This document shows positions 13,369-22,722 of a stretch of 64,000 bases of DNA, in pieces. The notes below the pieces were generated by a model, which was not told the origin of the DNA, made no database searches, and was given only the letters and a program-made list of their open reading frames with translations. This DNA is from an uncultured Solirubrobacterales bacterium (GTDB taxonomy: Bacteria; Actinomycetota; Thermoleophilia; Solirubrobacterales; Solirubrobacteraceae). A program made the position numbers and the translations under genes. Position 1 is the stretch's first letter. Every line of letters begins with the position of its first letter. Location: positions 231,323 through 295,322 of the forward strand of contig CAWGYJ010000008.1 in NCBI GenBank assembly GCA_963826895.1, written 5' to 3'.

Positions 13369-14936
13369 TGACACTGCTCCGCCACCGGTATTTCCCGACC
13401 GCGGTCGCGGCCGGGTTCGCGCTCGTGTACGTGATCGTGTCGCCACCGAGCCTCGACCTGGCGGCGCACCTGTTCCGCGCGAAGCTGTTCAACGAGGAGG
13501 GCTTCGGGCTGTGGGACAACTGGTGGTACGCCGGCCACAACACGGTCGGGTACAGCGTCCTGTTCCCGCCGATCGCGGCGGCGCTGACGCCGCAGCTCGC
13601 GGCGGGGATCGCAACCGTCGGCACCGCACTGCTGTTCGAGCTGCTCGCGCGCGACCAGTTCGGCGACGACGGGTGGCTCGGAGCGCTCTGGTTCGGCGCC
13701 GCAACGGCGACGAACCTGTACACGGGCCGGCTGACGTTCGCGTTCGGGATGCTCCCCGCGACCGCGGCGGCACTCGCCCTCTCGCGCCGGAGACCGGGAG
13801 TGGCCACCGCGATGGGCGTGCTGACCGCGCTCTGCAGTCCGGTGGCTGCGCTGTTCTCCGCGCTCGTCGGCGCGGCGTACGGGATCGCAGGGCTGACCGC
13901 AAGCCCACGGCGGATCAAAGCCGGCGCCTGGGGCGCCGCCGTGATCGCCGGCTCGCTCGTGCCGGTCGGGCTGCTGGCCGTCGCGTTCCCGGAGGGCGGG
14001 ACGTTCCCGTTCGGGCTCTCGACCCTGTGGCCGGTCGTGCTCGTGTCGCTCGTCGCGCTCGCGGCGACGCCCCGCTCGGAGCCCGCGCTCCGCGCCGGCG
14101 CCGCCCTGTACCTGCTCGGGTGCCTTGCCGCGTACGCGATCCCGACGGCCGTCGGCAGTAACGCCGCCCGGCTCGGGACGCTCGCAGCCGGGCCCGTCGC
14201 GGCGCTGCTGTGGTACCCGAGGCGGCGCCGGCTGCTGGCCCTCGTAGCCGCGCCGCTGCTGTTCATCCAGTGGCAGGCCGCGGTGGGAGTCGTGGTCGCC
14301 TCCGACGATCCGGCGACGGTGAACTCGTACTACACGCCGCTGCTCGACTTCCTCTCAGCGCAGAAAGGCCCACCGTTCCGGATCGAGATCCCGTTCACGA
14401 GCTCGCACTGGGAGAGCTACGCGGTCGCGCCGCGGTTCCCGCTCGCCCGCGGCTGGGAGCGGCAGCTGGACATCAAATACAACCACCTGTTCTATGGCGG
14501 CAAGCTGGACGCGGCCACCTACGACGCATGGCTGCACTCGCTCGCCGTGCGGTACGTGGCGGTCGCCGACACCAGCCTCGACTACTCAGCCCGCGTGGAG
14601 GCGCGGCTGATCGATCGAGGGCTCCCGTACCTGAAGCTCGTGATGCGCTCCGCACACTGGCGCGTGTACGCCGTCGCGGACCCGACACCGATCGTCTCCG
14701 GGGCGGCGACCCTGACAGCGCTGGGGCCGAATTCGGTGACGATCGACGCCCGCCGCGCGGGCACGGCGCTGGTCCGCGTCCGCTACTCGCCCTACTGGGC
14801 ACTCGGCGCGGGCGACGGCTGTGTGGTGCAAGCGGGGCAGTTCACCGGCCTGCGGTTGCGGCACCCCGGACAGATGAAGCTGGCGATCCGGTTCTCGCTC
14901 GGCCGAATCGGGGCAGACTCGCCCCGATGCAGCTGA
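13368..14936 (+). CDS. Polytopic membrane protein, possibly a GT-C-fold glycosyltransferase
   Basis: About 10 hydrophobic segments; first-loop motif PPSLDLAAH..WDNWWYAGH; soluble C-terminal domain with LARGWERQLD. TGATG-coupled to the hydrolase. Confidence 0.6.
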   Translation: MTLLRHRYFPTAVAAGFALVYVIVSPPSLDLAAHLFRAKLFNEEGFGLWDNWWYAGHNTVGYSVLFPPIAAALTPQLAAGIATVGTALLFELLARDQFGDDGWLGALWFGAATATNLYTGRLTFAFGMLPATAAALALSRRRPGVATAMGVLTALCSPVAALFSALVGAAYGIAGLTASPRRIKAGAWGAAVIAGSLVPVGLLAVAFPEGGTFPFGLSTLWPVVLVSLVALAATPRSEPALRAGAALYLLGCLAAYAIPTAVGSNAARLGTLAAGPVAALLWYPRRRRLLALVAAPLLFIQWQAAVGVVVASDDPATVNSYYTPLLDFLSAQKGPPFRIEIPFTSSHWESYAVAPRFPLARGWERQLDIKYNHLFYGGKLDAATYDAWLHSLAVRYVAVADTSLDYSARVEARLIDRGLPYLKLVMRSAHWRVYAVADPTPIVSGAATLTALGPNSVTIDARRAGTALVRVRYSPYWALGAGDGCVVQAGQFTGLRLRHPGQMKLAIRFSLGRIGADSPRCS

Positions 14937-14994
14937 CATCGCCGGCCAAGAGACAGGAACCAAATCCCGGCCTCGGTAGGATGTGGGGCTTCTA

Positions 14995-15771
14995 ATGCGC
15001 GCTCGGCTACGTGAATTCGAGGCGCGGGTGCTCCCGCGCGGCTGGTTCGACGTGCTCCGTCAGGTGAGCATGTTCGCCGGTGTGTACATCCTGTACCAGA
15101 TCGTCCGCGGGCTGATCAGCACCGGGAATCTGTACAAGCCGTTCGGCGACGCGATGAAGATCATCAACCTCGAGCGGACGCTGCACGTGTTCGCCGAGCC
15201 GAGCATCCAGGCTTGGGCGCTGTCGAAGCACTGGCTGATGGACCTCGCCGACTGGTCCTATCTGTACTCCCATTACGTGGTCACGCTGTCGGTGCTGATC
15301 TTCATCTACCTGCGCCGCAACGACTCGTTCAACTTCGTGCGCAACATGTTCATCATCGCGATGCTGCTCGCGCTCGTCGGGTACGCGGTGTTCCCGACGG
15401 CGCCGCCTGCGCTGATGCCCGAGTGGGGCTTCACCGATGCGATCTCGCAGTTCCTCGGCGTCGCGCACGTCGACTCGAGCGGCGCGACGAGCGCGTTCGT
15501 GAACGTCTATGCGGCGGTGCCCTCGATGCACGTCTGCTTCGCGGTGATGACCGGCTGGCCGATGGCGAGGCTCGTCCGCCGGCGCTGGGCGAGGATCGCG
15601 TGGCGGCTCTACCCGCTGTGGATCACGTTCGTGGTCGTCGCGACCGGCAATCACTACTTCACCGACGTGTTCCTCGGCGCGCTGACCGCCGGCGTCTCGG
15701 CACTGCTCGCCAAGCAGCTGCTGGCCCGGGCGAGGCCCGATGTCTGGGCCTTCCGTCAAGCTACGGCCTAG
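14995..15771 (+). CDS. PAP2-like (Aur1/IPC synthase-type) membrane phosphotransferase/phosphatase
   Basis: PTAPP, YAAVPSMH and ATGNHYFTD (catalytic H, H, D); about 6 TM segments. Confidence 0.85.
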   Translation: MRARLREFEARVLPRGWFDVLRQVSMFAGVYILYQIVRGLISTGNLYKPFGDAMKIINLERTLHVFAEPSIQAWALSKHWLMDLADWSYLYSHYVVTLSVLIFIYLRRNDSFNFVRNMFIIAMLLALVGYAVFPTAPPALMPEWGFTDAISQFLGVAHVDSSGATSAFVNVYAAVPSMHVCFAVMTGWPMARLVRRRWARIAWRLYPLWITFVVVATGNHYFTDVFLGALTAGVSALLAKQLLARARPDVWAFRQATA

Positions 15772-15797
15772 TGCTCCCCGCCGTGGACCGCTGACGC

Positions 15798-16454
15798 ATG
15801 CCGGAGCAGACCCAGACCCCGCCGGCGCGCCGCGAGCGGCCTCGCCGCACACGCCAGCGCGGCGAGGGCCCGACGACCCAGGAGTTCGTCCGCAACAAGC
15901 TGATCGAGTCTCGGCTGACGCCGAACGCGATCTCGCTGACCGGCTTCGCGCTGAACCTCGCCGCGGCGGCACTCGTCGTCGGGCGGCTGTTCTTCCTCGC
16001 CGGGGTGGTGTTCATCATCGGCTCGATCATGGACACGCTCGACGGCCGGTACAGCCGGATGTCCGGCAAGGGGAGCCCGTTCGGCGCCTTCCTCGACTCA
16101 ACGCTCGACAGGGTCGAGGAGGGGATCGTGCTGACCGCCGTCGCCGCGTACTTCGCGGCGCGGCACAACCAGGCCGCCGTGGCGGCGGTCGTCGCGGCCG
16201 TGCTGTTCAGCTTGATGGTGTCCTACACGCGGGCCCGCGCCGAGGCGCTCGGGGTTGAGTGCAAGGTAGGCCTCGCAACGCGGCCGGTACGCGTGGTGAT
16301 CCTGTCCATCGGTCTCGTGTTCGCGCGCGGGGCCGGCCTCGGGCACTTCTATCTGCTCGCACCGGCGGTCTATGTGCTCGCCGGCCTGACGCTGTTCACG
16401 ACGGCACAGCGGATCTGGCACGTTCGCCAGCAGCTGGAGCGCACCGCGCCCTGA
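15798..16454 (+). CDS. pgsA: CDP-alcohol phosphatidyltransferase, probably phosphatidylinositol-phosphate synthase
   Basis: TPNAIS and DTLDGRYSR..G..FGAFLDSTLD (CDP-AP signature), VSYTRARAE; ino1 is nearby. Confidence 0.85.
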   Translation: MPEQTQTPPARRERPRRTRQRGEGPTTQEFVRNKLIESRLTPNAISLTGFALNLAAAALVVGRLFFLAGVVFIIGSIMDTLDGRYSRMSGKGSPFGAFLDSTLDRVEEGIVLTAVAAYFAARHNQAAVAAVVAAVLFSLMVSYTRARAEALGVECKVGLATRPVRVVILSIGLVFARGAGLGHFYLLAPAVYVLAGLTLFTTAQRIWHVRQQLERTAP

Positions 16455-16494
16455 GACTTTGCGCGTGGGCGGGGCCTGCGCTACGGTGGCACCG

Positions 16495-16950
16495 ATGTCC
16501 GGACCGGGCTTCGCACGAGGCGTCGTGTTGGCGGCGCTGGCGGCGCTGGCGGTGCTGGTTGCGCCCGCGAGCGCGCTGGCCAACACGACCGTGTGTCCGC
16601 CGACGACCGGCCAGGTGAATGGGATCGACGTCAGCTCTTACGAAGGCACGATCGACTCGCGCCTGCTCGCAACCGGCTTGCCGGCGCACGCGAGCATCGA
16701 CGCAATCTGCAACGGCCGCGGCTGTCCATTCCAGAGCCGCGCCTTCACGGCGCACGGCACGCGAGTCAATCTCGCCTCGCCGTTTGCTCACCACACCCTT
16801 GCATCGGGGGTCACGCTCGAAGTCTTTGTCGCCGTCAAGGGAGAGGTAGCCAAGGTGTTCTTGTTCCGAATGCGTCGCTCAAAGGGACCACTCGTCACCC
16901 GCCTATGCCAGGCGCCGGGGGCTCCGAGTCCAGCGACCTGTGCGGCGTGA
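16495..16950 (+). CDS. Small secreted protein: GH25-like N-terminal stub joined to a Cys-containing C-terminal domain
   Basis: Signal peptide (ASA-LA), then GIDVSSYEGTID, then CNGRGCPF...LCQAPGAPSPATC. Confidence 0.65.
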   Translation: MSGPGFARGVVLAALAALAVLVAPASALANTTVCPPTTGQVNGIDVSSYEGTIDSRLLATGLPAHASIDAICNGRGCPFQSRAFTAHGTRVNLASPFAHHTLASGVTLEVFVAVKGEVAKVFLFRMRRSKGPLVTRLCQAPGAPSPATCAA

Positions 16951-18884
16951 GGCTTGCAACAACGATCGTCGCCGCGGCAGTGGCCGCAGCACTCGTCGCG
17001 CCGGCGAGTGGTGCGAGCACGCTGAAGTGGTCGGCGGCGACCGCGATCGACCCGTACGCGCCGTCGTCGAACCCGGCGAGCTTCTACTCCGCCTCGTGCC
17101 CTGACGCGTCGCTCTGCTTCGCCGGTGGCGCGGGCGACTTCTATGCGTCCCACGACCCGGGGTCCACAAGATCCTGGGTGCTGAGGCGCAGCCCGTTGGG
17201 TGAGATCAACGAGCTGTCGTGCCCGACGAGATCGCTGTGCGTCGGGCTCGACGCGCTCTCGGGCGCCCTCGCAAGCACGCGCGACCCGGGATCCCGCGAT
17301 CCGGCCTGGCACGAGGTCCGGTTCTCCCAGCACGACGCGCCGTTCGCGATCTCCTGCCCGAGCCGCTCGCTGTGCGTGGCGGTCACGGGCTTCGGCGCGA
17401 TCGAGAGCTCGACCGACCCGACCGGGGGACGCGGTGCCTGGAAGCTGGTGCAGCCTGCCGGGGGTTCCGCCCTGGACGCGATCTCGTGCCCGACGACGCA
17501 CCTGTGCATCGCCGCCGGAAACACCTCGCGCCGGTTCGAGTTCGCGACCTCGACCGACCCGACCGGCGGCGCCCGCGCCTGGCATCTGACCAGCGGGCCG
17601 CGCCTGCCCTCGATGGACAGCCTGCTCGGGCTGTCGTGCCCGTCGGCCTCGCTTTGCGTCGCGGGCACGAACGGAGCCGCCATTCTCAGCAGCGCGCATC
17701 CGCTCAGCGGCGGCTGGCGCCTGACGAAGATCCCGAGCGCGACGCAGATCGACGCCGTGTCCTGCGTCTCGGAGACGAACTGCTTTGCGGGCGACGAGTT
17801 CGGTGCGGGCGTCAGCTCGACCGCGCCGGCGGCGGGCAGGTGGCGCCGGGCCCACGCCCCCGGCCTGCTGGACGTCACCTGCGCCGATGCTTCGCTGTGC
17901 CTCGGTCTCACGCAGGGCGGACCGCTCGCGATCTCTCGTGCTCCCGCCACCGGGCGATGGCACAACGCCGTCGTCAAGGGCTCGAGCGACGTGCTCGGGC
18001 TCGCCTGTCCGACGTCGACCGAGTGCGTCGCGATCGACGACGCCGGCAAGATCCTCAGCTCGGCCGATCCCGGCGGCGGCGCCGGGGCCTGGCGCGCGCT
18101 GAACTTCGGCATCGGGGTCTACGGCAGCGAGGACGAACCCGGCAATTCGGGCGACATCGTGTGCCCGTCCGCCTCGCTCTGCGTGACGGGCAACAACGGT
18201 GAGATCCTCGTCTCGCAGCATCCGCTCGGATCGAGTACGGCGTGGCGCGCGACGAACGGGCTCGATGACGAGAGCAACAGTGTCGCCGGGATCTCCTGCC
18301 CGAGCACCGCGTTCTGCATGGCGCTCGACGCCGAGGAGGACGGTGGCGGTCAGGTCCTCGTGTCGTCAGCGCCGTCGTCGAACGCGCACGGGTGGATCAG
18401 CTCGATGTGGCCGGCCACGAACCTCGGGCCTGTGGCCTGCGCGTCGAGCACGCTCTGCATCGTCGGCTCCGGGTCGACGCTGTACGTGACCACCGATCCC
18501 GGGGCCACGCCGCCTAGCTGGAATCCGATCCACCTCGCCAAGGCCGTCGTCAGCCTGGCGTGCCCCGGGACGAGTCTGTGTGTCGGAACCGACAGCTCGC
18601 ACGCGGTGGTGAGTTCGACGCAGCCGGCCATCGCCAGCTCGTGGAAGCAGACCACGATCGCGGGCGGCGCCGGCTCGAGCATCTCGTGCCCGACGACGTC
18701 GTTCTGTGCCACGGCGGGAGGCGACGGTGTCAGCTACTCGACTGACCCGGGGGCTCAGACCGGCTGGACCCGGCAGACCATCCGCCATGCCTACCCGGTC
18801 GACCTCGATGTGGTCTCGTGTGCCTCGGCGCACTTCTGCGTGGCATCCGGAGCCGACGGTGAGACGACGATCGGCAAGCCGTGA
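16947..18884 (+). CDS. Secreted Cys-rich repeat protein, likely a beta-propeller
   Basis: GTG overlaps the upstream stop; signal peptide; 14 copies of the (S/A)CxxxxxC repeat, most followed by S(T/S)DP...W. Confidence 0.8.
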   Translation: MRLATTIVAAAVAAALVAPASGASTLKWSAATAIDPYAPSSNPASFYSASCPDASLCFAGGAGDFYASHDPGSTRSWVLRRSPLGEINELSCPTRSLCVGLDALSGALASTRDPGSRDPAWHEVRFSQHDAPFAISCPSRSLCVAVTGFGAIESSTDPTGGRGAWKLVQPAGGSALDAISCPTTHLCIAAGNTSRRFEFATSTDPTGGARAWHLTSGPRLPSMDSLLGLSCPSASLCVAGTNGAAILSSAHPLSGGWRLTKIPSATQIDAVSCVSETNCFAGDEFGAGVSSTAPAAGRWRRAHAPGLLDVTCADASLCLGLTQGGPLAISRAPATGRWHNAVVKGSSDVLGLACPTSTECVAIDDAGKILSSADPGGGAGAWRALNFGIGVYGSEDEPGNSGDIVCPSASLCVTGNNGEILVSQHPLGSSTAWRATNGLDDESNSVAGISCPSTAFCMALDAEEDGGGQVLVSSAPSSNAHGWISSMWPATNLGPVACASSTLCIVGSGSTLYVTTDPGATPPSWNPIHLAKAVVSLACPGTSLCVGTDSSHAVVSSTQPAIASSWKQTTIAGGAGSSISCPTTSFCATAGGDGVSYSTDPGAQTGWTRQTIRHAYPVDLDVVSCASAHFCVASGADGETTIGKP

Positions 18885-18887
18885 GAA

Positions 18888-18918
18888 CCGACGGCGGTGT
18901 AACAAACACCGCCGTCGG
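18888..18918. terminator. Perfect 13-bp hairpin
   Basis: CCGACGGCGGTGT-AACAA-ACACCGCCGTCGG, 3 nt after the stop codon. Confidence 0.65.
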
Positions 18919-18989
18919 CCATACATACAACGGGTGTCTGCAGCGCGGTTTCGCAGCGCAGGCGTGATTTCGAGAAGGGAACTCCTCCA

Positions 18990-20186
18990 GTGAGCAAGAC
19001 CAACGGTTCCGGCAACGGCCGGGCGCGCTACCAGGAAGACAAGGTCCGCGTCGCGATCATCGGCGTGGGCAACTGCGCGAGCTCGTTCGTGCAGGGCGTC
19101 CACTACTACCGCGACGCCAACCCGGACGAGAGCGTCCCCGGGCTGATGCATGTCGACCTCGGCGGCTACCACGTCAACGACATCGAGTTCTCAGCCGCGT
19201 TCGACATCGATGTCGAGAAGGTCGGCAAGGACCTGTCGGAGGCGATCTTCTCCGGGCAGAACAACACCTACAAGTTCGACACGCACGTGCCGAAGCTCGG
19301 GGTCGAGGTCCAGCGCGGGATGACCCACGACGGCCTCGGGAAGTACCTGTCGCAGAAGATCACCAAGGCGCCGGGTCCGACGGTCGACATCGTCGAGGTG
19401 CTCAAGGAGACGAACACCGACGTCGTCGTGTCCTACCTGCCGGTCGGCTCGGAGCAGGCGACCAAGTGGTATGTCGAGCAGATCCTCGAGGCCGGATGCG
19501 CGATGGTCAACTGCATCCCGGTGTTCATCGCTCGCGAGCAATACTGGAACAAGCGGTTCAAGAAGGCCGGCGTGCCGATCATCGGCGACGACATCAAGTC
19601 GCAGGTCGGCGCGACGATCGTGCACCGCTCGCTGGCGCGGCTGTTCCACGATCGCGGCGTGAAGCTGCTGCGGACCTCGCAGCTGAACGTCGGCGGCAAC
19701 ATGGACTTCTACAACATGCTCGAGCGCGAGCGCCTCGAATCGAAGAAGATCTCGAAGACGAACGCGGTGACCTCGATCATGGGGCACACGCTGCCCGCCG
19801 AGGACGTCCATGTCGGTCCGTCGGACTACGTCGCGTGGCTGACCGACCGCAAATGGGCGCACATCCGGCTCGAGGGTCAGGCATTCGGTGACGTACCGCT
19901 GACCGCTGAGCTGAAGCTCGAGGTGTGGGATTCGCCGAACTCGGCCGGGATCGTGATCGACGCCACTCGCTGCTGCAAGCTGGCGCTCAACAACGGGCTC
20001 TCGGGCCAGCTGGACGGCCCGAGCTCGTACCTGATGAAGTCGCCGATGCACCAGCGCCCGGACGACGAGGCGCGAGAGATGACCCAGGCGTTCATCGCCA
20101 AGTACGCGCGACCACGCGCTTCGCGCGCGGTGCCCCCGCTGCCGAAGGCCAGGCCGGCTGCCAAGCGCGCGGCGGCGAAGAAGTAA
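18990..20186 (+). CDS. ino1: myo-Inositol-1-phosphate synthase
   Basis: [38 protein letters not shown] and VWDSPNSAG motifs; Lys/Ala-rich tail. Confidence 0.97.
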   Translation: MSKTNGSGNGRARYQEDKVRVAIIGVGNCASSFVQGVHYYRDANPDESVPGLMHVDLGGYHVNDIEFSAAFDIDVEKVGKDLSEAIFSGQNNTYKFDTHVPKLGVEVQRGMTHDGLGKYLSQKITKAPGPTVDIVEVLKETNTDVVVSYLPVGSEQATKWYVEQILEAGCAMVNCIPVFIAREQYWNKRFKKAGVPIIGDDIKSQVGATIVHRSLARLFHDRGVKLLRTSQLNVGGNMDFYNMLERERLESKKISKTNAVTSIMGHTLPAEDVHVGPSDYVAWLTDRKWAHIRLEGQAFGDVPLTAELKLEVWDSPNSAGIVIDATRCCKLALNNGLSGQLDGPSSYLMKSPMHQRPDDEAREMTQAFIAKYARPRASRAVPPLPKARPAAKRAAAKK

Positions 20187-20187
20187 G

Positions 20188-21465
20188 TCAGCTCTGCGGC
20201 ACGAGCAGCGTGAAGCGCGCGCCGCCGGACGGGACGTTCTCCACCGTGATACTGCCGCCCATCCGGGCGGCGAGCTCGCCGACGATCGCAAGGCCGAGGC
20301 CCGAGCCGACCTCGCGCTCTGAGCGGTAGCGCTCGTACAGGTAGAAGCGCTCGAACGCGCGAGGCAGGTCGGCGGCCGCGAGGCCCGGCCCGGTGTCCTG
20401 CACCTCGATCTCGCCGGGGTGAGCGGTGACTGTCACGGAGCCTTTCGCGGGCGTGAGCCGGAGAGCGTTCTCGATCAGGTTCGAGGTCACTTGCATAAGG
20501 CGGTCCGGGTCGCCGACCGCGGGTGCCGGCGCGTCGTGGTTCGCGGTGAGCGCGATGTTCAGCTCCGCGGCCCGGAGCCGGTGGCGCTCGACCGCGCGAT
20601 CCACGACTTGTGCAAGGTCGAGCGGGACCCGCTCGACCGAGAACCCGGCGCGCTGAAGCCGCGCGAGGTCGAGCAGGTCGGACACGAGCCGCTCGAGCCG
20701 GCCGGCCTCGGCACCGATCACCTCGCTCGCCTGATCGGTCGCGACGGCACCGTCGCCGAGTGCCTCGGCGTACCCGCGGATCGAGGTCAGCGGCGTCTTC
20801 AGCTCGTGGCTGACGGACTCGAGGAAGTCGCGTTGCTGATCTCTCGCGCGCGCGAGGCTGTGAGACATCAGGTTGAACGACTGTGCGAGCTGCGCCAGCT
20901 CATCGTCGCCGGTGACCGGGACATCGACCGGCTCGTCTCCGGTCGCCACCTGGGCGGTCGCGTCCGACAGCGCCGCGATCGGCCGGGTCAGCCGCCGCGC
21001 GAGCAGGTACGAGGCGATCGCCGCCAGCAGCGCCCCGCCGAGGCCGGCGAAGATCAGGCTCGCGAGGAACGGGCGCCATTCGGCGAACGCGAGGCCGGCG
21101 CCGCGCACGAGCACGATCCCTCCCCGTTCCGTGCCGCGAGCCGCGTACATCAGCGACTGGCCGCCGATCTGGATCCGGCCCTGAGAGTCCGTCAGGTCCT
21201 GGATGTGGGCGACGATCAGCTGGGCGGCCCCGATCCGCACCGCCCGCGGGTGACCCGAGTCGACGCGGTACACGTGCTCGCCGGCGTTGAGCGCGCCGGG
21301 CGCCCCTCCGACGAGCGCCACCACGTCCGCCTGTCGGATCAGCGCCACCAGTCGCTGGTTTGCCACCTGTCTGCGTACGAGCACGGCGGCGACGAGCACA
21401 GTCAGCACACAAGCGGCCACCGCGGTCCCGGCGACGACCCGGAACACACGCCGGTGAAGGCTCAC
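20188..21465 (-). CDS. HAMP-domain sensor histidine kinase
   Basis: Two TMs, HAMP, H-box SHELKTPLTSI, NLIENA, DTGPG and GSGLGL. GTG overlaps the regulator stop. Confidence 0.93.
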   Translation of the reverse strand: MSLHRRVFRVVAGTAVAACVLTVLVAAVLVRRQVANQRLVALIRQADVVALVGGAPGALNAGEHVYRVDSGHPRAVRIGAAQLIVAHIQDLTDSQGRIQIGGQSLMYAARGTERGGIVLVRGAGLAFAEWRPFLASLIFAGLGGALLAAIASYLLARRLTRPIAALSDATAQVATGDEPVDVPVTGDDELAQLAQSFNLMSHSLARARDQQRDFLESVSHELKTPLTSIRGYAEALGDGAVATDQASEVIGAEAGRLERLVSDLLDLARLQRAGFSVERVPLDLAQVVDRAVERHRLRAAELNIALTANHDAPAPAVGDPDRLMQVTSNLIENALRLTPAKGSVTVTAHPGEIEVQDTGPGLAAADLPRAFERFYLYERYRSEREVGSGLGLAIVGELAARMGGSITVENVPSGGARFTLLVPQS

Positions 21466-22121
21466 GCGGTGGCCTTGTAGCCGACGCCGCGCACGGTCCG
21501 GATCAGATCCGGGTGGCCGAGCTTCCGGCGCAGCTGCGCCATGTGCACCTCGACCGTGCGGGTCTGGCCGGGCGAGACGAACCCCCACACGGCCTCGAGC
21601 AGCTCGTCGCGGCCGACGACCCGGCCGTGGTTGCGAACCAGGTACTCGAGCAGCTCGAACTCGCGCTGGGTCAGCTCGAGCTCGATGCCGTCGACGTGGA
21701 CCTCGCGGGCGGCCGGTGAGAGCGTGACGGGGCCCAGGGAGAGCAGATCGTCCTCGCCGGCGCGGGCGCCACGACGCAGGACCGCCTTGATCCGGGCGGT
21801 CAGCTCGCGCGGCGAGAACGGCTTCGACACGTAGTCGTCGGCGCCGAGCTCGAGCCCGGCGACGCGGTCGGCGACCTCGTCGCGGGCGGTGAGCATCACC
21901 ACCGGCACGCGGCCGGCGATCCGCCGGCACACCTCGAGGCCGTCGATGCCCGGCAGTCCGATGTCGAGCACGACCAGCCGGATGGGGTGGCGCGGCAGCT
22001 CGGCGAGCGCGTCCTCGCCCGAGCGGACCCAGATCGCGGCGTAGCCGTCACGCTCGAGGTAGGTCTTGACGAGCTTCCCGATGTTCGGGTCGTCCTCCAC
22101 AAGCAGGATCGTGTCGGCCAT
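21462..22121 (-). CDS. OmpR/PhoB-family response regulator
   Basis: LVEDD, LDIGLPG, KPFS and the winged helix LIRTVRGVGY. Confidence 0.95.
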   Translation of the reverse strand: MADTILLVEDDPNIGKLVKTYLERDGYAAIWVRSGEDALAELPRHPIRLVVLDIGLPGIDGLEVCRRIAGRVPVVMLTARDEVADRVAGLELGADDYVSKPFSPRELTARIKAVLRRGARAGEDDLLSLGPVTLSPAAREVHVDGIELELTQREFELLEYLVRNHGRVVGRDELLEAVWGFVSPGQTRTVEVHMAQLRRKLGHPDLIRTVRGVGYKATA

Positions 22122-22164
22122 CGGCGCAGATGCTAGGGCCGGAAACACCCTGCTTCCGTTGGGA

Positions 22165-22203
22165 TTTACACGCAGCTGACCTTTGGCTGAACGCCGCCTT
22201 GCG
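22165..22203. promoter_or_regulatory. Putative OmpR-type tandem direct-repeat boxes
   Basis: TTTACA, CTGACC, CTGAAC and CTTGCG start at 22165, 22176, 22187 and 22198 (11-bp period), between the regulator and a divergent gene. Confidence 0.4.
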
Positions 22204-22262
22204 CTGATGGCCGACGATCACCGGGTACCCGATACATGGCCGGCAGAGCAAAGGAGTCAGAC

Positions 22263-22715
22263 ATGAACAGATCACGACTGAAGCTGGGAGCGGTGGCGCT
22301 CGTGTGCGTCGCACTCGGCGCCGGCGCCGGGGTGATCGCCAACAGCGCCGCGAGCACGTCCGCGCCCGCGAGCGCCTCGCACGCGGGCCGGTTGCACGCT
22401 CGGGGTCGCCTCGGCGGGCTCGCACGACGCACCGTGTCGGCCACGCTCGTCGTCCACACGAAGCAAGGGTTCGCCGACGTGACCATCGCCCGCGGCACCG
22501 TTCAGTCGGCGTCCGGGAACCAGCTGACGCTGGCCGAGGGCACGAAGACCGCGACCTACAAGACGGTCACGCTCACGCTCCCGTCGAACGTCCGCGTGTG
22601 GGACAACGGACAACGCTCCACAAGCCTCAGCGCGGTGAGCCAGGGCCAGCGCGCGCTGGTGATCGTCGGGCCGCGGCGCGCGTGGGTGATCGCCCACACG
22701 CCGAAGACTCCGTAG
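22263..22715 (+). CDS. Exported hypothetical protein (small beta/OB-like)
   Basis: AAGGAG RBS, signal/TM segment and a basic beta-rich domain; divergent from the two-component system. Confidence 0.75.
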   Translation: MNRSRLKLGAVALVCVALGAGAGVIANSAASTSAPASASHAGRLHARGRLGGLARRTVSATLVVHTKQGFADVTIARGTVQSASGNQLTLAEGTKTATYKTVTLTLPSNVRVWDNGQRSTSLSAVSQGQRALVIVGPRRAWVIAHTPKTP

Positions 22716-22722
22716 GGCGGGC

